Below are positions 18,001 to 21,186 of a DNA stretch of 64,000 bases, piece by piece. Location of the stretch: assembly GCA_040756875.1 (NCBI GenBank), contig JBFLYH010000001.1:768001-832000 (forward strand), given 5' to 3'. Source of the stretch: a candidate division FCPU426 bacterium (GTDB lineage Bacteria > Oederibacteriota > JAAXVQ01 > JAUVAV01). A model generated the notes under the pieces. That model saw only the letters and a program-made list of their open reading frames with translations. It had not been told where the DNA came from and searched no databases. Position 1 is the first letter of the stretch, and each line of letters starts with the position of its first letter. The translations under genes were made by a program, and so were the position numbers.

Positions 18001-19114
18001 GGCTTTGAAACCGGATGAAGAGGTTTATCTGCTGAGTTTGCCCCAGACTTATGCCCGAATGATTGCAGAACTGGACCGTCTGGCCAAGCTTGCCGCGGCC
18101 AAAGCCGGCGCCCAGCCGGCCTTGCAGCCCTGGTTGGAAAGGGTGGACCAGTTCCGCGAGGCGCTTGTAATGGCTTCGACCTTGCGTCCCGGACAACTGC
18201 AGGTCCTTGCTCCTGATTTGGCCGCATCCCTACTTGGCGAAACCCTGGCTTTGGCCGGTGAAGAGGGAACTGCGATGGTGGATTTGGGACAGGACATCGA
18301 TTCCCGTCGCGTAGGCGTTACAACCGGCGAAGTCATTGCCAGGGAAGTTGCTCAGGGCGTGCAAATGCCCAGCAGGGAAGTCTACCAAATCAGCGGGCCT
18401 TCCCTGGAAACGATCGCCTCAAGTCTTTCCCAGTCCCAGCTTCCTACCCGGGGATTGTTCGCACAAGCTTATGAAGGTTCTGTCCACGTGACGATTGCGC
18501 GGCCTGAGGTCAGGTTTCAAACCTTAAGCCGGATGATTATTTCGATATCCCGCCTGCTTCCGGTCTCCGCGCAAAGAACTCTCCATCGTTTAATAATACG
18601 CTTTAATCCCAGGGGTTATCTAGACATTATACTAAACGGCGTCATGGTCGCGCCTTGGTCAATCTTGTTGCAGAATCACTCCAGCCCCCTGGGACAAGCC
18701 TATTTGCGCTGGGCCCAGCAGCAGACCCCGTCTTCAGAAAGCCAATTGCTTAGGGCCATGATCAGAGTGTTAAAATATCAAAAAATCGAAATCGAAAATA
18801 CCCAGGGCATATTGGCAGACTCCCAAGTGTCTGGCATGCGCGCTGACCATCAGGCTTCTTTAATCGCTTTCTTCGAAACCGCCCGCAGAATTTCCGCCTT
18901 GTCTCCAGTGCGCATTGGCCGCTGGGATTCGCTGCCCAGCGGCGTACATCGCGCAGACATCCTCATGCCCGGCTTGTTATCCCAACCAGGCAATATGGGT
19001 ACCTGGGGCGCTCTTATGGATGTCATGCGCGGTTTCGAAGCCATACGCATCGAAAATGACGTTTTCAAACACCGCAGACGTCAGCTGTTCCGCACTTCGG
19101 CACAAGCAGCGTAA
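1..19114 (+). CDS. Giant multidomain membrane-anchored protein (>=6363 aa, 5'-partial: frame open to window edge)
   Basis: Uninterrupted ORF 23..19114. Upstream in-frame codons 2-22 (VSPLRLA) contain no stop, so the true start lies outside the window. Many recognisable enzyme motifs occur in this frame, with strong GC3 bias. Confidence 0.95.
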   Translation, partial: VSPLRLAVAVATIAVLGVFSFLLSPDSVLSTLSIWGAGAGVLTLAGVYAPRLYYGWRLARPRAPVLDPRYLDTQLTRLVADLEKNGGLPDGYQRPRFKVLPRQAIRTSFWKGLRVGYGSSGVVYLHPNFLSLPIPAQRAVLLHEIYEAHQRGHVLATLLELASYLRSAVVYLRPAARRFRRIERIGFTAKADPLARRRQIERLLHEIDRELQQPGSGRLPQMAVISDLHADAKRFSELLGDALRQIAGFQGSLNPDRSIEQQMNEQGLSLKDMPGMIVVNGDLLDRGEDGLRCFNLVQELRRVAPDRVVYIVGNHDLWAAGNLLGIHLPWYRGYEFHGDVEAERLVAQQRRKNPGQVNDFDWWTARLAEYNADQAAWQKDEFGQRMKSARASFMDLYKRVGQGWSEAQKDTWEEFTGNFARIQVKDPAVGLNAIGRTSVAWWQRIHSELMDHRRAREGVADAEELQAWDEAIVLAAQITAAYEERMAAALAEGKWWVRVLQGINTQAYASMEWWCQDWSSHKGWGEALIAELNQRQLYVDGKKVTQANYTRSRIIQDMGQFFLENFNLHVFDAYGNLVTHGMLPVDPDGQIRLAFKGKTYTGREVFAGLAAMSEAVKKSRGDRRKMLETFRLVNDWYSDKTTRIKPMHVLAYLRDIGQHVFQASLRVYNWFTGHNTLATLGMSFRHRDGDYSMFFIDKGMSPRFGGEGSYALVGNGIRFRGFVADRSRAVVDSPLTVTQQALIENPGMPREEYLRLMHRALSEELALLPAGPLAEARKPAREITTEAMLHNRLLDQVFARGSIGDNERDRQVLAAFLVPDHPFKAEAFERLGRLDDEEVLARVDDLLARDQGDSPNVSFGQHAFSPFLQRHLKLRELALHPTSGQRDLRQILFSSMTIAYTPSVMNLMSEKGREVLVKTSIEANYLLLRALAILARDPERLQLTAAQVRELSQYLQSPDVIRELESFREDQALTGLTAPTTVTSLLALSQLYLPADTPEKRASLGRLVALIDQLRAESPLWAEMLQDPTLSAAAQVERIRRLNASAEQAVLPARAELRLSFWRLLAGAAVAVGVGISLSLTLSPDVVVRTVSLWGAASGLAVMAFFAPRLYYVWRLVRPRAPALDPDQAKKQLAELIADLARRSGLPEGYTPEITILPAQTLGSIFRRGFMIAKAEKGRLSLHANFLSLPWPIQQAVVLHELVEASGQGHWRATWAEFRSYLRSRPFRPSYPQNIFANDFTVHERQESGATWNRYRVTYKDTDYFFQVRNDLDARDSQHFRLERLAPDALTQHALDVVLNGLNLQRFRLLRFRHRLVAPRVEAFVMNENGVVVGYLTPYWPGERLSDLVRAKSLSPAQLGQVLRQLHGQLEMMHANRLMHGDPHFDNVLVRLPSPWVPRFLARRFPRLFPVVAHFVNFKPSEEFNPTADLFKFRLLVDRASRETLDGRAAEFIPDLVPRPEVSPLAGRLADAQITAALRREGDRVTVLVVNHRTGATVYQRQFALAPEDPVGTIRDELTYVLRQLGARIDTAGITGWPEAEFNDLHAILWNDLDIKAFSPETSPPGFFTDRADPRAVADAARRLFYETAEVVRVEQDGLVHVNRLGNLSDFETVLGPERLARHLALADMARAEDLRMVFINSTPKGGGVAIMRHGIQRWAELLRLPLRWLVMSPDETGTIFDVTKLKFHNVLQLAQDNPLTAEDTRRLDAWTQDQARRFQQHLAWGNVFVIDDPQPAGLIRLIKQSNPQAKIIWRCHIEFNVEEINRPGTTAHETWKYLADKIGPSDLFLFHEKAFVPAGFESGHMVLQMYPAMVPLDGMNKPLRPIQMDYYLRLFNEIMGEQGQTPLDPDRPILTQIARFDPSKGIPDVLESFRLLRRRLAPFRFLAEWSIPVFHFLAGWDIPLAGRLERRLVDLARYLKPQLVILGNGANDDPEAMPLYNLAQSIKTQPEYARIADDIKVVLAPHNDQLLNAVLRWSRVAFQLSHREGFEFKVTEALQKGVPVIAYRAGGIPAQIEDDRTGFLLEVGDVRGVARRLLWLMLNPFSYRRMSRAAAEETRTNYIIQDNAANLISLGLLLRSNRLTPETLAQASAGRDEHQVTADLREQVMDEAETRFGAGAREAQRGPNWPAGLMPKFRAKVIDEYGRFHPGAAARAILQENIWLLPWVVLTGVATVAAMAVAGQGSALAPLLRILIPSLSGLFYAATFTRSHGPTVVAFDPDEMRYVEIPRTWKHTLQLFGLGLGMAALTLGGLALGSLGLLGLGAVSSLAIGVLTGFAAAYALHFAWNFSFARRLPGLATGSAQPVPKLPPLESVVELTVESRLSHELINRIRANLSDTAHPERARLDQELSALGDNPELALQLLAMSGSIGGIGPLLTDRIEDLGKQAGFRKVVGIRPLYQQVWRQQVTPSQNGGPEQFSLSKVEVGDMLRSALERTQVPGTDQDLTLEVPMYDGRVRKVAVWQETDPKTGTVMYYLDDYAAGEAEPNVFDVVYSGYADKNASARFLGDFEAKKRISMEQSYLLGRAYLALLETLQIQPDAVILSEMSAGTFAIPQVVTDKYQHSPATARARFIFNDHTPLEYAHVVEHKDFLAKYPLAHEVVDLLTDAQGQVHITSLIATLAESVYGVARLHWQTMRNMPAYQRVRDKLRYITNGVNLDFWQWGGFRNWEKLSDEDLLKEKDRARSAMLNLLADRLGRDDAWKTQMAGKRIFNWTRRVVRYKQLYRLLEMVRDPELRRQFLESDAVILFGGRVHQDDTPSQQLVQEFLNEIHAHPELRDRLIFYPNFNTLDMQTIAAGVDGTIMGANEGREASATGFMKVLASGGIVIGSPDGAVPENCVFLGEAQQYANQVPAEGMQFSADPAGANAVLLPYDTIDHEDGGRRSFSPQALVSALALASRTLADPQARVGMMRRALAESPRLSTKRVVREMTSLLRELEQISDSRQQALASGRSEGAVILPTLSYDRLKKFLNFPVGNFVWKTEESKLVPVSRPAGVPEGTLRALWHEFNSLRSLGALDEPVLLFNAMGNPEYNAQPGQSGGYLLGYLRKACSENEHFKFLPKASQDEVLGTLDRLNERVKQAREQGDRNAIIEAHYEAMGLVQEWIQAEVPFLHFEWLRDGIRHYYLNPITSMGGFFFRLLKMQPEYFATRIPGTDQTRGEYITGILRSQEKWINESLETLIWRNAAVYADDPAQLDQAVQRILQETFEIMGQSTSTLAGLVAEMPKAEWNTQTLNTLAVIQNEMQRIQTQNNYLRDVTRVHFGPALPTSAFWAVRRALQRLGDRAAAITVDRQVERLPLLVDPDRFSASLEHLLALALENNAGKIKLSLGQENHHLVITIEDNGSLYTAEALQQATHIPFLATSLVPRNSGLEYLEARQMAEMYGGELQLSQHDKTFVFRLTLPLFTEAGQIVEVPDTQLWSAWVHLTTSLAGAQSEAEIQSSLMQALDDFFGFRRANFYRLNRAPEGDWRYVSTGRYGLLGFSTALNEQPFERPDEKYHLLRRYEQSRLEADQVQVIGNRVDDPRANPRHILKDIFKYKLFDATIQWQYRFFGWLNNDFIASLVGQRISRWILRFTSTAWIQDVNRSVTLLFAPPGESATSMLFILPSRTITAEEEQLLGRITRLAGQAYQRLGRQRLLTQNWTSLAERQPAQDELNALLEQGRVLFQQYRKQIQGVLKPLAKAGEEQKEVAAQLSTFSAETEELLARFFSRADVSPRVPVPETPLDTTDPEAFLEDFTLRINKAQTADEIAGLSRLAIELLDTLAWPQAQRDHLIAVCNQLVRASTENLSNLELLALEQPLAAQLDKLAALPADTLPPLLKRRLAQTRDTLQNFHQRLRLLQGLNPAVFTAFDYVKRLFAARNAPDVLESLFESVLNNTPFAGLNIYSVRPDERGALWYRSLRRSGMFGRSAARNWLALSPRSEKTRALSLAEQGPIEERDSSGSLIYEQGRGPQGFDYLYIAQRHEAPFVDQRELLRDVVRHSALPAPSWLRAFGENVALALHHGVARFFVRMIVFIRPAAVRRVDEILYLPVLDAQEKPQGLMLLNNWRNRQPLFADDAQRAQFLQSLALLRFLTTSHLTALDHQQSLLTSVEELRLVTSELNGTFRSALFGRLSGLQRLLSEGDFLLQLLPQAKTAGLISSRQARVTRRWLNLLPKLPGQLEQLLSRVVEINAVARAQTEAAGAEAEASLNKLESRTDLEPDRPFEGDEQTVLSEFNQRMASAQSSAELEQIAIDSLRQAGNNLLLRGLMLVQLRLAWERILRLQALRAEQQALQEALRALSETFSSLFGQLEEGYAVLGQLGRLETDREKIQAARQQLSELAALYPNVQLFTASLNRVLATRARLLTETDDRLLPVTLPGNQYLLLSDALTSRQPEQELQRIIRYGLFGQLPEYRHLELAQERRDSWPRFALGLTDTLGQLRSGFWKHARRLRRASPFGASLRLAQLRSWSGLIRQAQLDGHEHLLDFLVLLLPEPGVAVTLPAARQQLSALLARGLAERYARESGRPLNPDLAVKILQTYPRIVSHLQGDLSSGALQRMLEPFQADELTLLALITLLALKNSGLEGALTRERAAFLLGHLGNLEGYVRWLRTELASPPDQLADRRLHAWAYQPESGLTPEESGAKLDRMQQGLHQRIPEAERPDFDRWLAQADFSRAASNFIHLSADNAAKLLVLLWRVQQLAPTDQTILEAEGQTGLLEAALQNFDEKAWEAHYPRLIQDLQEKQNGELNHLKWQISTEAPNVSQLSVNVVGLTTGLRPAPTEPLRKPSRFGKRGRNLLFLILALTAAAAWLTFSPEASWEIAGKVPAWDSLDQTARAAIAPFFGGLLLSPENAERLRRLSGRTAQSLQRIWNQIRGLRYTPLDSLRFDRRLESGSMSNVYRVEYQGRKWAFIQNKLLDERDPNRPQAGYTAEALRDLQSGIEDTVKNYRLYQGLNYRGHAIAPEIGPLVMDRNGIVVGYLSEEIPGKDLGTLVRFGAITPEQLEAVLVQLRGQLDVLHKRGLVHGDTRPENVLVAFTPEGEPIARFIDFDPARGRWTVKDDLTLFEERLVTLTRFELQPQNVAHIRELVADEFERQQWLADRETAYQELRKVRLTWHRLMDQLTDTINQDELQNLMWDFLGQFDALPKESRLWTRSDVALARQRLAESFPAFFGELNRLLDEPLRTYQNDLQSAVTNLLSTWLTLTGPEFDAKARDIVAQKVKQLADSSQLPATMQVFRLVPASNAPRSILGTLFVNETGIIRLDLIPALLTSLANWILRRPNAEWTWRVPDSGQETPYSRISAFRLSILDQMRPFLRTLGRVKRAFYPASAGDASTLLLVADPDRMLLVDKLPFGTPEDFARVESMREAYWADKTGEGKEGWSKTKPLENIGVLIGPLVWDLQMIGAQNIRVTRFSPTEHRIRFVWGRTPEEARPREILFISNCDLEYPENYPPSLIRWLKANYDFYLQKSGEKLHRLDAMDYHLRFLKDTGLLLSDLLNREVMIDESYKSVPWPFNLEGFGIGYGEHNFLRQKNPRYIIRLTNQVRTNEAGFTTPETAAALSALVGLGLLLSAGLGLVFGGLSLAAGAAGLALGGLLTIGPALIYYLNARRPEASPTGRQQPSAAETGISDVEQALQLDQTILPRDPNEPFRQSESRTVRALQAWFGDVLFAGDLQTVGRPGIRRPFEGAQAVFASAWTMAHALVMLIASTRPGQQLVFDPQNPDLLDMARKQSLPDAETAAAFARKYAVQVTPLHIRPVSSLKTAGWARFRLFLNLNSAYQEDGANLQPTLYLPDNMLLELQKGIPTTTGLRGLGQRWLWYGNRFLLGLLARYQSSAYFSDLRQGLAWSQNQMAANQDFTEARALALDHLGGQERAVDYYSRRPAAKTALSPYDVIKISVRLMQTGARLLGEPAVTPWQVVENRLDASLREGAEPGIETLMKLLSTAPALDSAETAVLRTLTEESAGLQGNLQPWVLRDIAASLIDGQARSLADSGALPTPSALKPDEEVYLLSLPQTYARMIAELDRLAKLAAAKAGAQPALQPWLERVDQFREALVMASTLRPGQLQVLAPDLAASLLGETLALAGEEGTAMVDLGQDIDSRRVGVTTGEVIAREVAQGVQMPSREVYQISGPSLETIASSLSQSQLPTRGLFAQAYEGSVHVTIARPEVRFQTLSRMIISISRLLPVSAQRTLHRLIIRFNPRGYLDIILNGVMVAPWSILLQNHSSPLGQAYLRWAQQQTPSSESQLLRAMIRVLKYQKIEIENTQGILADSQVSGMRADHQASLIAFFETARRISALSPVRIGRWDSLPSGVHRADILMPGLLSQPGNMGTWGALMDVMRGFEAIRIENDVFKHRRRQLFRTSAQAA
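23..520 (+). other. Giant-protein module: TM hairpin + HExxE zincin-like repeat, copy 1
   Basis: Hydrophobic pair ending APRLYYGWRL, then LHPNFLSLP...AVLLHEIYEAHQRGH; homologous to copy 2 at about 3180-3680. Confidence 0.6.
665..2180 (+). other. Giant-protein module: calcineurin-like metallophosphoesterase resembling class-3 fructose-1,6-bisphosphatase
   Basis: Motifs ISDLH, NGDLLDRG, VGNHD, GNLVTHGMLP, TGHN, IDKGMS occur in the order of Firmicute-type Fbp. Confidence 0.7.
3180..3680 (+). other. Giant-protein module: TM hairpin + HExxE zincin-like repeat, copy 2
   Basis: LSPDVV...APRLYYVWRLVRPRAPALDP...LHANFLSLP...AVVLHELVEASGQGH. Confidence 0.6.
3700..4330 (+). other. Giant-protein module: atypical (RIO/Bud32/Kdo-like) kinase fold, copy 1, probably degenerate
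   Basis: VVGYLTPYWPGERLSDL...MHANRLMHGDPHFDNVLV; the DFG position reads VNF. Confidence 0.65.
4430..6240 (+). other. Giant-protein module: GT4 trehalose phosphorylase/synthase (fungal-type signature)
   Basis: INSTPKGGGVAIMRH, KFHNVLQ, IDDPQP, WRCHI, ARFDPSKG, NDDPE, DQLLN, EGFEFKVTEA, GGIPAQI. Confidence 0.85.
6470..6890 (+). other. Giant-protein module: multi-TM block with CPBP/Abi (CAAX protease)-like motifs
   Basis: QENIW ... FTRSH (FxxxH) ... HFAWN (HxxxN) across about 4 hydrophobic helices; motif 1 (EExxxR) is degenerate. Confidence 0.45.
7100..8820 (+). other. Giant-protein module: GT35 alpha-glucan (glycogen/maltodextrin) phosphorylase-like
   Basis: IGGIG, FNDHTP, GVARLH, ITNGV, RRVVRYK, GGRVHQDD, EASATGFMK (PLP lysine position retained, 8468-8470), SPDG. 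Confidence 0.85.
9370..10235 (+). other. Giant-protein module: degenerate histidine kinase (HisKA + HATPase)
   Basis: H-box-like RHYYLNPITSMGGF, second DHp helix IQNEMQRI, ITIEDNG, GLEYLEARQMAEMYGGEL, FRLTLP; N and G2 boxes eroded. Confidence 0.65.
10270..12830 (+). other. Giant-protein module: two tandem GAF-like + helical units (internal duplication)
   Basis: RRANFYRL..RYGLLG..DEK..ILKDIFKY vs AGLNIYSV..RSGMFG..SEK..LLRDVVRH; DPEAFLEDFTLRINKAQTADEI vs DEQTVLSEFNQRMASAQSSAEL. Confidence 0.5.
14620..15220 (+). other. Giant-protein module: atypical kinase fold, copy 2
   Basis: ESGSMSNVYRV...VVGYLSEEIPGKDL...LHKRGLVHGDTRPENVLV...ARFIDFD; paralogous to copy 1. Confidence 0.75.
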
Positions 19115-19193
19115 TATTCATCTCCTTCTAGACTTCACTTTTTAATCATGGTATGATCCCGCATATCTTCAAATCGATTTCAAGGAGGACTTT

Positions 19194-19838
19194 ATGCGTA
19201 AATGGCTGGCCGGGATGGCTGTCATTGGTTTGGTCTTCGATCTTTCGCTGGTTTTTGCCCAGGAGGGCAACATCCATGAAGCAGCTGTGCTTATCAGCGA
19301 TGATCAGTTGATTCCTGGTGAAATTTACGTTCCAAAAGGGAAGGATCTTCGATTAAATGTCCTGAATATCCGTAAAAATCAAGGTCAGTTCAACGTCCCC
19401 GGCATCAAGGAAACCTTTATTTTAAAACCCGGAAAGGTACAAATCGTCGACATTCCCGAAACACTGCTTACCGATGGCGCCAAATGTGAATTTAGCTGTA
19501 AAAAGACCCATTTTAGCGCTTCCAGCACCATCGTTAGGGATATCCCCGCAGATAAACCATTGGAAATTGCTGTTATCGGCATATGGAAGAATTTCCTGCC
19601 CGGAGTGATCGAGATACCGGCGGATGTACCCATGGTTTTACGTCTATACGCCCAGGCCAAATCTCCTCATTCGGATTTCGAAATATACGGCACTGACGTC
19701 AAATTGCCGTTTTCACTGAAAAAAATCACGTCTGTCGAACTGCCCGAAGGACTCAAGCCGGGAACATATCCTATTTCTCGTCCTAAATTCCCAAATCAGA
19801 ATCATGGAATTAAAAGTAAATTTGTAGTATCTGAATAA
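19194..19838 (+). CDS. Secreted protein with two cupredoxin-like domains
   Basis: AAGGAGG RBS; signal peptide (MRKW...VFA); repeated PxxIxVP/IP..V.L strand pattern and GTY motif typical of EfeO-type cupredoxin folds. Confidence 0.55.
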   Translation: MRKWLAGMAVIGLVFDLSLVFAQEGNIHEAAVLISDDQLIPGEIYVPKGKDLRLNVLNIRKNQGQFNVPGIKETFILKPGKVQIVDIPETLLTDGAKCEFSCKKTHFSASSTIVRDIPADKPLEIAVIGIWKNFLPGVIEIPADVPMVLRLYAQAKSPHSDFEIYGTDVKLPFSLKKITSVELPEGLKPGTYPISRPKFPNQNHGIKSKFVVSE

Positions 19839-19862
19839 ACAAAAACAAGATCGGCGGAATAA

Positions 19863-19900
19863 TTAAAAATGGGAGCGCTTCCGGGCGTTCCCATTTTTAA
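19863..19900. terminator. Intrinsic terminator (bidirectional)
   Basis: TTAAAAATGGGA..TCCCATTTTTAA inverted repeat between convergent genes. Confidence 0.75.
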
Positions 19901-19910
19901 TATGAGTTTA

Positions 19911-19938
19911 AGTTAACATAATATATATTATGCGACTT
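19911..19938 (-). other. dif: dif-like XerC/XerD recombination site
   Basis: Minus strand AAGTCGCATAA-TATATA-TTATGTTAACT: 11-6-11 architecture close to E. coli GGTGCGCATAA-TGTATA-TTATGTTAAAT. Confidence 0.85.
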
Positions 19939-19974
19939 TATAATTTTATTTTTATGCTTATTTTTACAGCATTT

Positions 19975-21162
19975 TTAGGATATGTAATTTGCGTTGATTT
20001 TGATGTATTCCAGTGAATAGTCACACGTCCACACCCTTTTGGATGCAGGGCCGGCATTGAGATTGACTTGAATGCTTATTTCTTTCTGCTTTAAAGTGGC
20101 TTCAGCTCTCCGGCAGATTTCTTCATTTTGCGGTTCGCCTTTAACGACCACTGGTATCGCATTAATGGCAACATCGAGGGTCTCAGGATCCGCTCCAATC
20201 ATCGTTTTGCCGACAGCCATGACAATTCTGCCCCAATTCAACTGTTCCCCGAAAAATGCCGTCTTCACCAAAGGCGAATTGGCTATCGAAAAAGCCGCTT
20301 GGTGGGCGGCCTCCGAGGTCTTGGCGCCCAGGACTTCCACCGTCAGGCGCTTGGTCGCGCCTTCGGCATCCGCGATCAACTCCAAGGCCAATATCTGCAT
20401 TAATTCCTGCAGTTTTTTCGTAAAAGACTGATAACGCTCATCTTCATCCGAAATAATCGCATTTCCGGCCCGTCCATTGGCCAGGATAAATACCGTGTCA
20501 TTCGTGCTGGTATCGCTGTCAACAGTGATGCTGTTTAAAGTTTCCTGGGCTGCGCTGGCCAAAGACCTGCGGAGCAATGTTTGTTTGATTTTAACATCCG
20601 TAATTATGAAGCAAAGCATGGTTGCCAGATTGGGCTGAATCATTCCGGCACCTTTTATGCACCCGGCCAAATGGACCGTTTTTCCATCCAAAATAAAGTC
20701 CACAACCGCAATTTTGGGCTTGGTGTCAGTGGTTAATATAGAGTGCACGAAATTTAGTGCACTTTCCGGTTTTTCGTCCAATTGCAATTCATCAATCGCC
20801 TTTGACATGGCACCCATTTCCAACCGTTGGCCGATCACTCCGGTCGAAGCGATGTAGCATTCTTCCGCCGGGACTTCCAGCTTGCGTGCCATGGCTTTTA
20901 GGCAGGCATCCGCGTCGGCATATCCGCCACGGCCGGTAAAAGCATTGGCACAGCCGCTATTGACTAAAATACCGCGCTTTCTCGTGCTCAGCTGATCCTG
21001 CCGTTGGGATACGATGACTGGCGCCGCCTTGAAATCATTCTGGGTATAAAGCGCCGCTCCCGCAGTATCAGGCTCTTCAGAAAATAACATTCCGACCCGG
21101 CCTTTAACCCCTGACAGGGGCACACCGGCAAATCGAAAACCCGGAACGGATGACATGTCCAT
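19975..21162 (-). CDS. argJ: Bifunctional glutamate N-acetyltransferase/amino-acid acetyltransferase
   Basis: NSGCANAFTG, ASTGVIG, KGAGMIQPNLATML, DSDTSTNDT, SPLVKTA, NWGRI motifs. Confidence 0.96.
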   Translation of the reverse strand: MDMSSVPGFRFAGVPLSGVKGRVGMLFSEEPDTAGAALYTQNDFKAAPVIVSQRQDQLSTRKRGILVNSGCANAFTGRGGYADADACLKAMARKLEVPAEECYIASTGVIGQRLEMGAMSKAIDELQLDEKPESALNFVHSILTTDTKPKIAVVDFILDGKTVHLAGCIKGAGMIQPNLATMLCFIITDVKIKQTLLRRSLASAAQETLNSITVDSDTSTNDTVFILANGRAGNAIISDEDERYQSFTKKLQELMQILALELIADAEGATKRLTVEVLGAKTSEAAHQAAFSIANSPLVKTAFFGEQLNWGRIVMAVGKTMIGADPETLDVAINAIPVVVKGEPQNEEICRRAEATLKQKEISIQVNLNAGPASKRVWTCDYSLEYIKINANYIS

Positions 21163-21186
21163 GACCGCACCTCTTCCCTTCCACCT

